DNA from: a virus
Direction: 5' to 3' (one strand)
Virus record (IMG/VR): IMGVR_UViG_3300042691_022450
Length of the DNA: 64,000 nt
Shown: positions 39,881 to 48,059 of the stretch, one piece after another
How the letters are laid out: each line of letters begins with the position of its first letter
Numbering within the stretch: the first letter of the stretch is position 1
The notes under the pieces: model-generated
Told to the model about the DNA's origin: nothing
The model's database searches: none
Seen by the model: only the letters and a program-made list of their open reading frames with translations
Position numbers and translations under genes: made by a program

Positions 39881-39886
39881 GTATTA

Positions 39887-39940
39887 AAGTTAATTCAGCA
39901 ACACAACTTTGAATCTGTAAACTCAAAACAACATTAACTT
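39887..39940 (+). ncRNA. CAGCAA stem-loop RNA 2 (Tyr anticodon-loop mimic)
   Basis: AAGTTAAT-t-CAGCAA...TTTGA-at-CTGTAAA-c-TCAAA...ATTAACTT. Confidence 0.7.
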
Positions 39941-39952
39941 GGAGAAAAAATT

Positions 39953-41419
39953 ATGACTTTCCTGACCGCACTTGAAACTGAACTGAACACCACTGAAACT
40001 CTCAATGGTGCCAAAGCATATAAATCTACTCTCAACAAATGTGTAGACCTGTTCGGTAAAATCTCTGCCTGTCGTAATGACATTCCACAGGCACGGAAAC
40101 TATTTGCTCACGCATATATGGAAGACCCTGAGACTGCGACTCGTATTCTCTTCAATGCCCGTGATATTCGTGGTGGGCAAGGAGAACGTGAAGTCTTCCG
40201 TAATCTATTCAAAGACCTTGTGAATGGGAATAGTGAAATTGCAACTAAACTTATTGAACTCATTCCTGTCTATGGTCGTTGGGATGACCTTCTAATTCTT
40301 GAAGGCACTGCTATCTGGGATAATGTTGTGGATGTTATCATCACGCAACTTGGTAAAGATGATGTTGCTCTGACCGCAGGGGAGAATGTTTCTCTGCTTG
40401 GTAAGTGGATGCCTTCTATCAATGCTTCTAGTGCTGATAGCAAACGTCTTGGTCGTGTGTTCGCAAAACGTCTTGAACTGAACGAACGTCAGTATCGTAA
40501 GTTCCTGACTGCTCTTCGTTTTCAAATTAAAATTGTGGAACAGAAGATGTGTTCCAAAGAATGGTCTGAGATTGACTACGAACATCTTCCTTCTCGTGCT
40601 GGATTTATGTATCGTAAGGCATTCGCAAAGCAGGATGCTACTCGTTACGCAGAATATTTGAGTGCCGTGGAGAAAGGTGATAAGAAAATCAATGCTGGAA
40701 CCATCTATCCTTATGAGATTGTAGATAAGTATCTCTACAAAGGTGGCAGTCAAGATAAGACTATTGACCTGATGTGGGAGGCACTGCCTAACTATATGGA
40801 AGGTCAAGAACTCAATGGTCTTGTGGTTGCCGATGTTTCTGGTAGTATGATGGGAACTCCAATGGCAGTTTCTATCTCTCTTGCGATGTATATTGCCGAA
40901 CGCAATACTGGTATTTGGAAAGATAAGTTCATCACTTTCTCTGAATCTCCTGAACTTCAATCCATCGTCGGTAATACTATCGGTGACCGTATTCGCAATC
41001 TTGCCAGTTCTTCTTGGGGATTCAATACTGACCTCAAAGCAGTATTTGAAAGTGTTCTGAATGCAGGAATCAAGAATAATGTTCCTGACGCAGAAATGCC
41101 TAAGAAACTTATCATTGTTTCTGATATGCAGTTTGACCAAGCGTGTAGTTCTAACAAACGCACCAACTTTGAGCAAATTCAGAAGATGTATCATAAGGCA
41201 GGATATGAGATGCCTGAACTTGTTTTCTGGAATGTGAATGCGATTGGGGGCAATGTTCCTATAACTATCCACGATACTGGAACTTGTCTGGTTTCAGGAT
41301 GTTCTCCTTCCATTCTGAAAAGTGTTCTGGGTGGTAAAACTATCACTCCTGTTGACGTGATGAAGGATGCGGTGTATGATGAACGTTATGCTCCTATCGG
41401 TGAGGCATTCAGTTCCTGA
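39953..41419 (+). CDS. DUF2828-family protein (Ro60/TROVE-like helical domain plus vWA)
   Basis: ARDIRGGQGERE, YGRWDDL, KWMPS, VADVSGSM (MIDAS), SDMQFD, FWNV, LVSGCSP. Confidence 0.8.
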   Translation: MTFLTALETELNTTETLNGAKAYKSTLNKCVDLFGKISACRNDIPQARKLFAHAYMEDPETATRILFNARDIRGGQGEREVFRNLFKDLVNGNSEIATKLIELIPVYGRWDDLLILEGTAIWDNVVDVIITQLGKDDVALTAGENVSLLGKWMPSINASSADSKRLGRVFAKRLELNERQYRKFLTALRFQIKIVEQKMCSKEWSEIDYEHLPSRAGFMYRKAFAKQDATRYAEYLSAVEKGDKKINAGTIYPYEIVDKYLYKGGSQDKTIDLMWEALPNYMEGQELNGLVVADVSGSMMGTPMAVSISLAMYIAERNTGIWKDKFITFSESPELQSIVGNTIGDRIRNLASSSWGFNTDLKAVFESVLNAGIKNNVPDAEMPKKLIIVSDMQFDQACSSNKRTNFEQIQKMYHKAGYEMPELVFWNVNAIGGNVPITIHDTGTCLVSGCSPSILKSVLGGKTITPVDVMKDAVYDERYAPIGEAFSS

Positions 41420-41614
41420 ACTGACACAAGGGGGGGGGGAGGTTGACAAAACTCCCCAACCTGTAATATAATAATTTTATAGATGGTTCAGCAATTTTAC
41501 CCATTTTATAGGAAAAACAACCATCTAGCAAACAAAGGTCTCTCAGCATTTCAATTTTCTCCAAACTCAAATCTGAGACTCTGAAAAACCTCAGTGAGAC
41601 CTTGAAAAAACAAA

Positions 41615-41734
41615 GGGAACGTGGTGTAACGGTAGCATTAACAAAATCGGTAATCTTGTATAAGATTCGGACAGCAATTTCTATTACTTTTTCTGTAAAA
41701 AAAAAAGGTTCAGGTTCGAGTCCTGACGTTTCCA
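41615..41734 (+). ncRNA. tRNA-like RNA with CAGCAA insert, GTA anticodon loop
   Basis: GGGAACG/CGTTTCC acceptor, D arm, insert with AATCTT-gtat-AAGATT, TTTTT-CTGTAAA-AAAAA, TCAGG-TTCGAGT-CCTGA. Confidence 0.7.
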
Positions 41735-41789
41735 TTAGATGATTCAGCAATTTACTGCTTGGTTATGCAAACAAAATCATCTAGTTTAA

Positions 41790-41902
41790 AGGAAGGTAGC
41801 TCAGTTGGTAGAGCAACGTAAAATATATCTTGCCAAAGATATTCACAGCAATTAAACTGCATTGGGGGCCGTTGGTCGCAAGTTCGAATCTTGCCCTTCC
41901 TA
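41790..41902 (+). ncRNA. tRNA-like RNA (TGG anticodon) with 40-nt insert in anticodon stem
   Basis: Removing 41819-41858 yields ACGGC-ATTGGGG-GCCGT and a full cloverleaf. Confidence 0.75.
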
Positions 41903-42050
41903 CTTATAGATAGTTCAGCAATTTACCCATTTTATAGGAAAAACAACTATCTAGAACAAATAAGAGATTATTCAGCAACTCCAAAGGATAACGGTTTATC
42001 AATAGGTAAACTTAGAGAGAATCGAATCTCTCAAATAATCTCGAAAATAC

Positions 42051-42164
42051 GGGGATGTAGCTCAGTTGGTAGAGCAACGTAAAATATATCTTGTCAAAGG
42101 ATATTCACAGCAATTAAATCGCATTCTAAGCCGTAAGTTACAGGTTCAAGTCCTGTCATCCCCT
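42051..42164 (+). ncRNA. tRNA-like RNA (TCT anticodon) with 41-nt insert in anticodon stem
   Basis: Removing 42080-42120 yields ACGGC-ATTCTAA-GCCGT and a full cloverleaf. Confidence 0.75.
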
Positions 42165-42166
42165 TC

Positions 42167-42284
42167 GAGAATGTAGCCCAAATGGCAGAGGCACCGTTTA
42201 TAAAAAAGTCATCTTGTTGTTAAGATGCGTCAGCATTAAATAAAAAGGCACGATCCAGTGTAGGTTCGAATCCTACCATTCTCA
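42167..42284 (+). ncRNA. Leu-type tRNA scaffold with CAGCAT module, no clear anticodon arm
   Basis: GAGAATG/CATTCTC acceptor, GTAGG-TTCGAAT-CCTAC T arm, CATCTT-gttgtt-AAGATG-cgt-CAGCAT. Confidence 0.65.
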
Positions 42285-42372
42285 TACACAAAGACCAGTT
42301 TTTAAACTGGTACATAATACTTCCAATGCTCCTTCAGACCTGCTATAATACACAGGTAATCAACGAAATCCA

Positions 42373-42552
42373 ATGAAACTTGTCGGTCTTGCTTTTGGTG
42401 TAATTGTCCTTGCTGTTGCTGGACTATTCTTTGAGGCATGGTTGCTTGGAGTGATTCTGTCTTGGTTTGGTGTGACACTGACATTCTGGCAGAACTTTGC
42501 CATTATCTTCCTTGCTAATGCTATTTTCAAATCTAACGTATCTTCCAAGTGA
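42373..42552 (+). CDS. Small membrane protein (59 aa)
   Basis: Hydrophobic ORF after promoter module, overlapping next start. Confidence 0.6.
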   Translation: MKLVGLAFGVIVLAVAGLFFEAWLLGVILSWFGVTLTFWQNFAIIFLANAIFKSNVSSK

Positions 42553-42854
42553 AACCTATTCTTGCTATTGTTGGTGGTGTTGCTCTTCTTTGGGGTATTG
42601 CCTACCACCAACTTATCTTCACTGCATTCTTCGGTCCTAAGTTTGAGAATGTTCGTAGGAATACCTTTGAGCAATCAAAGTCCTTCCGAACTGGTGCTGT
42701 TCAAGAACTGCAAAATATGCAGTTTGAATACATTAAAGCATCTCCTGAACACAAGAAAGCACTCGCAGATATTATTCGGCACCGTGCTGTAGAAGTTCCT
42801 GCTGATGCCATGCCTACCGACCTCCAATCATTCATCTCCAATCTTCCTAACTGA
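42549..42854 (+). CDS. Membrane-anchored hypothetical protein
   Basis: N-terminal TM; ENVRRNTFEQSKSF. Confidence 0.6.
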   Translation: MKPILAIVGGVALLWGIAYHQLIFTAFFGPKFENVRRNTFEQSKSFRTGAVQELQNMQFEYIKASPEHKKALADIIRHRAVEVPADAMPTDLQSFISNLPN

Positions 42855-42859
42855 TTATA

Positions 42860-43399
42860 ATGACCGAAAACTACCCCGAGTTCGTTCCTTTTCCTAAGAT
42901 TCCCCGTCTTCATAAAGAATGTGTAGTTACTGAAAAGATTGATGGAACTAATGGTATTATCTACATCACTGACGATGGAGATATGTTTATCGGAAGTCGC
43001 AATCGTTGGTTGAGTGCAGAGTCTGACAATTTTGGGTTTCATCGTTGGGCATCTGAAAATCAAGATGAACTGATGAAACTTGGTGCTGGTCGTCATCACG
43101 GAGAATGGTGGGGTAGTGGTATTCAACGAGGTTATAATCTACCCAAAGGTGAGAAAAGGTTCTCCTTGTTTAATGTGAGTATCTGGAATTATGAAAACAA
43201 ACCAGAGTGTTGCTATGTTGTTCCTACTCTTTATACTGGAGAGTTTAGCACTAATGAACTTGATGATGCGATGGATAAACTTTGGGATTATGGTTCTGTT
43301 GCCTCTCCAGGGTTTATGAATCCAGAAGGTGTGATGATTTTCCATTCTGCTGCGAATCATTATTTCAAGGCACCTTTTGATAAAAATCATAAGGGTTGA
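42860..43399 (+). CDS. RNA ligase (Rnl2-like nucleotidyltransferase domain)
   Basis: Motif I TEKIDGTNG, GSRNR, GEWWG, FSLFN, PEGVMI, FK. Confidence 0.8.
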   Translation: MTENYPEFVPFPKIPRLHKECVVTEKIDGTNGIIYITDDGDMFIGSRNRWLSAESDNFGFHRWASENQDELMKLGAGRHHGEWWGSGIQRGYNLPKGEKRFSLFNVSIWNYENKPECCYVVPTLYTGEFSTNELDDAMDKLWDYGSVASPGFMNPEGVMIFHSAANHYFKAPFDKNHKG

Positions 43400-43400
43400 G

Positions 43401-43457
43401 GACACCTGACGAACTGGCACAAAGGCACTTCCCCAGTGCCCTGTGATGCCCTATAAT
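43401..43457 (+). promoter_or_regulatory. Early promoter module GACACTT-N4-5-AACTGGCACA ... TATAAT
   Basis: Repeat family; -10 box 51 bp after GACAC. Confidence 0.75.
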
Positions 43458-43782
43458 GACTTCATACACAACCAAATCCCTGATGAACTACACTCCCGAA
43501 CAAATCGCAGAAATCGTCCTTAAAGTTCTTAAGGAAGTAAATGAACCTGATGTTCTCACACTTTCTTTTGATGAAAAATATAAACTAGCAAAAAATCCAA
43601 ACACACCTGTAGAAACTCTAAAGGTTCTTGCGACCGATAAGGATTGTAGTGTTCGTTGGGTGGTTGGACAAAATCCAAACTATAAGACTCAAACTCTTGA
43701 ACTGACTCAAGTTCAATATGATGCTCTTAAGGTTCTTCTGAAATCAAGTCAAGATGAGACTCTTAAGACCCTGACACTCTGA
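43456..43782 (+). CDS. Leucine-rich-repeat-variant (LRV) protein
   Basis: LAKNPNTPVETLKVLATDKDCSVRWVVGQNPN. Confidence 0.6.
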   Translation: MTSYTTKSLMNYTPEQIAEIVLKVLKEVNEPDVLTLSFDEKYKLAKNPNTPVETLKVLATDKDCSVRWVVGQNPNYKTQTLELTQVQYDALKVLLKSSQDETLKTLTL

Positions 43783-43849
43783 CAACTGGCACAAGACCCC
43801 TCCCATTCCCCTCAATCCCTGCTATAATTACAAAGTAATCAACAAAACC

Positions 43850-44335
43850 ATGAAACCTTTTATTGCTCTTGCTTCAATCGCACTTCTGAGTGTAACTCTT
43901 GTTGGTTGTGAAGAATATGGAGATTCTGATGATAAGCAACGTGCTCAACAAGAACGTATTCTGAAAGAAGGTACGGCACAAACTGGTATGCCTGCCATCA
44001 AGAACTTCCGTGAACGTAAATTGCTGAAGCAGATTATTGAAATGCGTGACCAGGATGGTCTGGTGACTTATACTTACACTGTTCCTGAAACTACTGGTCG
44101 TCCAGTGTTTCTGTGTAACTCTATTGGTTATGCCATTCCTGCTGCCACACAATATACCAATCCTGAGAAGTATGAATACACTGGCACAACTCTTCCACAG
44201 GCAGAACCGAATGGTCTGTACTCTCCTTCCAGTGCCGAAGGATCTTGGGTGATGTGTACTGACCCCAATGGTTCTGGAAAGACCGGACCTATGTACATTG
44301 AACCTCGTGTGATTGTATCCCTATTCAAACTGTGA
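43850..44335 (+). CDS. Putative lipoprotein
   Basis: Lipobox LVGC; SIGYAIP..TQYTNP, PQAEPNGLY. Confidence 0.65.
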   Translation: MKPFIALASIALLSVTLVGCEEYGDSDDKQRAQQERILKEGTAQTGMPAIKNFRERKLLKQIIEMRDQDGLVTYTYTVPETTGRPVFLCNSIGYAIPAATQYTNPEKYEYTGTTLPQAEPNGLYSPSSAEGSWVMCTDPNGSGKTGPMYIEPRVIVSLFKL

Positions 44336-44529
44336 TGAACTCCAAAGGATTTACTCTTATTGAGTTGCTGATTGTTGTTGCTATTGCTGGTATTGGATGT
44401 GCTGCTTTGTTTAGTATTGCCACAGGCAACTCTATTGTTCCATCCAAACAATCCTGTATTGCTGCTGGAGGCAAATGGTCTGAAGGCATTCAATACGGTC
44501 GTATCACTCAACTCTGTACTTATAACTGA
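44332..44529 (+). CDS. Small type IV pilin-like protein
   Basis: Prepilin peptidase motif KG|FTLIELLIVVAI; C-terminal Cys pair. Confidence 0.75.
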   Translation: MMNSKGFTLIELLIVVAIAGIGCAALFSIATGNSIVPSKQSCIAAGGKWSEGIQYGRITQLCTYN

Positions 44530-44982
44530 TTATGACTAAAGTAGTATATAACGCCAATTTTGGTGGGTTCAATCTGTCCCGTGAAGCATGTAATCGTTAC
44601 TGGGAACTTCAAGGCAAAGAAGTTTGGATTGAACAAGACAAACAATTCAAATCTTTTGACATGTTCACTGTTTGGTTAGTTCCACCTGAAGAACGTGCTG
44701 TAAAACCAGAACCCTGGTATTCTGTACCAATTGAAGAACGAATTGCTTACAACAAAAAGCATTCCGAACAAACTTGGTATTATGGAAATGTTGACCGTCA
44801 CGATCCTATTCTGGTTCAGGTTGTAGAAGAACTGGGTGACAAAGCAAACGGAATGTGTGCTAAACTTGCTATTGATGAGGTCTCTGGTCCTTATCGTATT
44901 GATGAATATGATGGGTATGAGACTGTTAAAGAACCTGATGGTTATGATTGGATTACTCCCTGAACTTTATTTGAGGTAAATT

Positions 44983-45390
44983 ATGACTCGTTACGATGAT
45001 CCCAACACTCCTGTTGCTATTGTTTTTGGTGTTGGGTTTGTAGTTGTTATTGCTCTGCTGTTTATTGGTGGACCAATGTATAATGTGTGGCAACAATCTC
45101 TTGCTGGTAAAGCAGAACTGCAAAAGGCAGAATACACTCGTCAGGTTGCGGTTCTGGAAGCACAAGCAAAGAAAGATAGTGCTCAACAACTTGCTGATGC
45201 TGAAATCATCCGTGCTTCTGGTGTTGCCAAGGCAAACCAAATCATCGGTGATAGTCTGAAGGACAATCGTGAGTATCTTCAGTATCTTTATATCACTGGT
45301 ATCGAAGATGGCAGTAAGAATGGTAATGTAACCATCTATGTGCCTACTGAAGGTGGTATGCCTGTTCCTACTCTCCAAATGAATAAGTGA
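44983..45390 (+). CDS. Membrane protein with SPFH/band-7-like coiled coil
   Basis: TM then AEIIRASGVAKANQIIGDSL..YLQYL..IYVPTEGGMP. Confidence 0.6.
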   Translation: MTRYDDPNTPVAIVFGVGFVVVIALLFIGGPMYNVWQQSLAGKAELQKAEYTRQVAVLEAQAKKDSAQQLADAEIIRASGVAKANQIIGDSLKDNREYLQYLYITGIEDGSKNGNVTIYVPTEGGMPVPTLQMNK

Positions 45391-47004
45391 TTATGGCAAC
45401 TGCAACTAAACGTAAATTTGTTTGTGTAGAACCTGTGTCAAATCTGGCAAAAGTCAGGTTTGATGTAGAGATGGATAATCTACATAGTTGCTATGTAGAT
45501 GATGAAAAAGATGGAACTATGTTCCTGACATCAGTGAATGGAAAATACAAATTCACTCTAAACAAAGCACAAGATTTTAACTGGCAAATTGTTAAATGAT
45601 TATGAAAAGCATTCTTCTTCTTTCTTCTCTTTTTCTGACTTCTCCTGTATTTGCACAAGAACAGAAAACTCATCGATCGTTTACCTACGAAACTTCGTGT
45701 GCAGTAGAAACACCGACCCAATTTATAACAGATGTATGTAAAGTAGTTGAAACTCGTGAGAAAGGTGGAGCACTTCGCACACGCAACATTTACTCAAATC
45801 GTTTTAGTTTGACAATTAAATCACGATTTGATAAAGAAAAAGGATTCGTAACTTGGGATAGTCATAATAAGTACGAGTATAAATGGGATTACAAACCTTC
45901 TAGCACTGGTTTGACTTATGTGATGCCAGGTTTCCTTGTTCAAAACGTTTCTTGGGATTGAAATTATGTTTATTAAATCTATCATTGCTTATCCAGTTCT
46001 GATTCTAACTGCAATTGCTGGATTTGCTATTGGTGGTGCAACTTCTGTAAATACAATTACTAATAATGCACTTAAAATGTGTAATCAGAAACCACTTGAA
46101 TGTAAGTTCAAGTATGATATTCTGATGTATAATGAAACTGGTAGAATCCCTTATACTCAACCAAAACCTCAAACTGAAGAAAAGAAAAATAAAAAATGAA
46201 TGAAAGAGCAAAAGAGTTTATGAGTGCTGTGTGGGAGCAGAGAACTAATCAAGGTGCTGATACTGAAGAAAAGTTAGTTGCTGCTATTCTTTCACTTGCT
46301 AGTAACTATGTGATATCTTATACGGCACAAAACGATTTGATTGTTCTAGATAAGAACGATATGTTGCAACTTGCTGAGGAACTGAAACAATGAAATTTTT
46401 TCAAGTTGCTAAATGGTCTCATCGTGAAGACTTTGGGCACGAATGGTACGTTCAATTCCTCTTTACAGACCGTTGGACACTTCTTCAAACATCTGTAAGT
46501 TGGAATGATTTTCCTTCTTGGCCCTACATTCAAATCACTTCTGGTAGTAATGGTCTGCTGAGTATTTTGTTCTGGATATATAAGTTCGGATTTGATATTG
46601 GATTTATTGAACGCACTTGGAATTGGGAACGACTGGAGAAATTAAATGAAGACGAAACTGAATTGGTTTGAATATTACTTCGGTCATTGTTTCCAGACTG
46701 GTTGGAGAGAAATCTGGAACAACTTCAAGATGTGGAGAGACCTTATCAGTGGAAACTATGACAACTATGCTCTTCTGAAAACTGATGACCCCTATCAAGA
46801 ATGTTATGATTGGTTCTGGACTTCTATCAATCTTGATGAAACATATCCCAAAGAGTTTCTTGAATACCTGATGGAAATGTGTGATAGAATTGATAGAGGT
46901 GAAGAGAAACTGATTCCATTCACCAAAGAAATGTTTGATGACCTTGATGACCTTGTAGGTAATTTGATTGATGATTTGAAACTTGATGAGGAGTTGGACG
47001 AAGA

Positions 47005-47316
47005 ATGATTGGATTGATTGCTGGACTGACTTGTGGAATTGCAACTTACTATGGAGTAGGTGATGGTTTTGATGGTCAGAGAACTGCATCAGGAAAAAGA
47101 TTTGATGCTTATGCCCATACCGTAGCCCATCCTTATCTTAAGTTTGGAACACGACTTCGGATTACAAATCAAGACAATAGGAAACAAGTTTATGTGACCG
47201 TGACTGATAGAGGTCCATATTCTCACGCTGATATGGATATGAGTTATGGAGCATTTCGTAAGATTGCAAATGTTAATAATGGAAATGCAACTGTTTGTTG
47301 GAGAGTAGTTGGATGA
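47005..47316 (+). CDS. RlpA-like double-psi beta-barrel protein
   Basis: ATYY..GQRTASG.RFD..AH..L.FGT..VTDRGP..DMS. Confidence 0.85.
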   Translation: MIGLIAGLTCGIATYYGVGDGFDGQRTASGKRFDAYAHTVAHPYLKFGTRLRITNQDNRKQVYVTVTDRGPYSHADMDMSYGAFRKIANVNNGNATVCWRVVG

Positions 47317-48003
47317 TGAAGAAACTACCTGATAAAAAAGAACTTGATATAATTTGGACTGTTGCCACCAGTTCCGCAATTGAAAGTGGCACAAGGCCCC
47401 ACCTAATTTTTGCCCGACTGCTGTATGATGAGTTGTCGGACGAAGAGTTCCCTTACAAACTTGCTGACTAATTATGAGCTTTTCTAAAACAATTTCAGTC
47501 TTTGCTGCTCTTGCAAGTATCTTTGCTGCTGGTGCCACTGGTTGGAAACTGGCAGATTCACAAAAAGAAGTTCCTTTGACTCCATTGGACCAAAAGGTAA
47601 TGGAACTGGAAAAGAAACTTGACCAAGCACAACAACCACAAGTTGCTCCAGAACCAGTCAAACTTCCACCACCTACAGTTCAAACAGTAGCACCACAACC
47701 TGCTATACTGCCACCACCTCCACCACCAGTAACTACTACTGAGGTAACACAATGAAAACTGAAATGAATAAGGACGAATACTACAACTGGATTGCCGAAA
47801 ATGATTCATATCCAGAACATTCTCATAAGTGGATAGTGGGACTTTATAACAAATATGAAGGTGTAGAAGCACTTCACCGATACTTTGGAGTTTTTGAAAC
47901 TCAAAATGAAGCACGAATTTTTGCTTCAAACTATAAGGACAAATATACAAAACCAGGATTTATTTCCAAAACCAAAATCTTCCCACTCTGTGAGGTAGTA
48001 AAG

Positions 48004-48059
48004 GACACTTGAAGAACTGGCACAGGGCATCTCCACAGGTGCCCTTTTTGGTCTATAAT
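48004..48059 (+). promoter_or_regulatory. Early promoter module
   Basis: GACACTTGAAGAACTGGCACA...TATAAT at +50. Confidence 0.8.

Larger units (their letters stand above)
41480..42284 (+). ncRNA. Array of nine CAGCA(A/T)-module RNAs (five hairpins, four tRNA-scaffold forms)
   Basis: Own promoter TTGACA(41443)-17-TATAAT; units start near 41480, 41535, 41615, 41736, 41790, 41907, 41964, 42051, 42167. Confidence 0.8.

Noticed and set aside
35615-39937. ORF-track calls over the RNA region (35615, 35797, 36090, 36393, 39188, 39282, 39431, 39493, 39725)
   Set aside because: They overlap tRNAs, tmRNA or regulatory RNA and have no protein features.
40292-41272. 326-aa minus-strand ORF
   Set aside because: Antisense shadow of the DUF2828 gene, with no motifs.
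41430-41442. Poly-G tract as phase-variation switch
   Set aside because: Intergenic, and it pairs with downstream CTCCCC as a promoter-region hairpin; no evidence of length variation.
41819-42120. Self-splicing group I/II introns in the tRNA-like RNAs
   Set aside because: 40-41 nt is far too short for a catalytic core, and no clear bulge-helix-bulge is visible.
42121-42131. Amber suppressor (CTA) reading of the loop, or genetic code reassignment
   Set aside because: The stem register places TCT at positions 34-36, and long ORFs read normally in the standard code.
41480-42284. CRISPR array
   Set aside because: Units share structure and a 5-6 nt motif, not an identical repeat; spacing is irregular; no cas genes.
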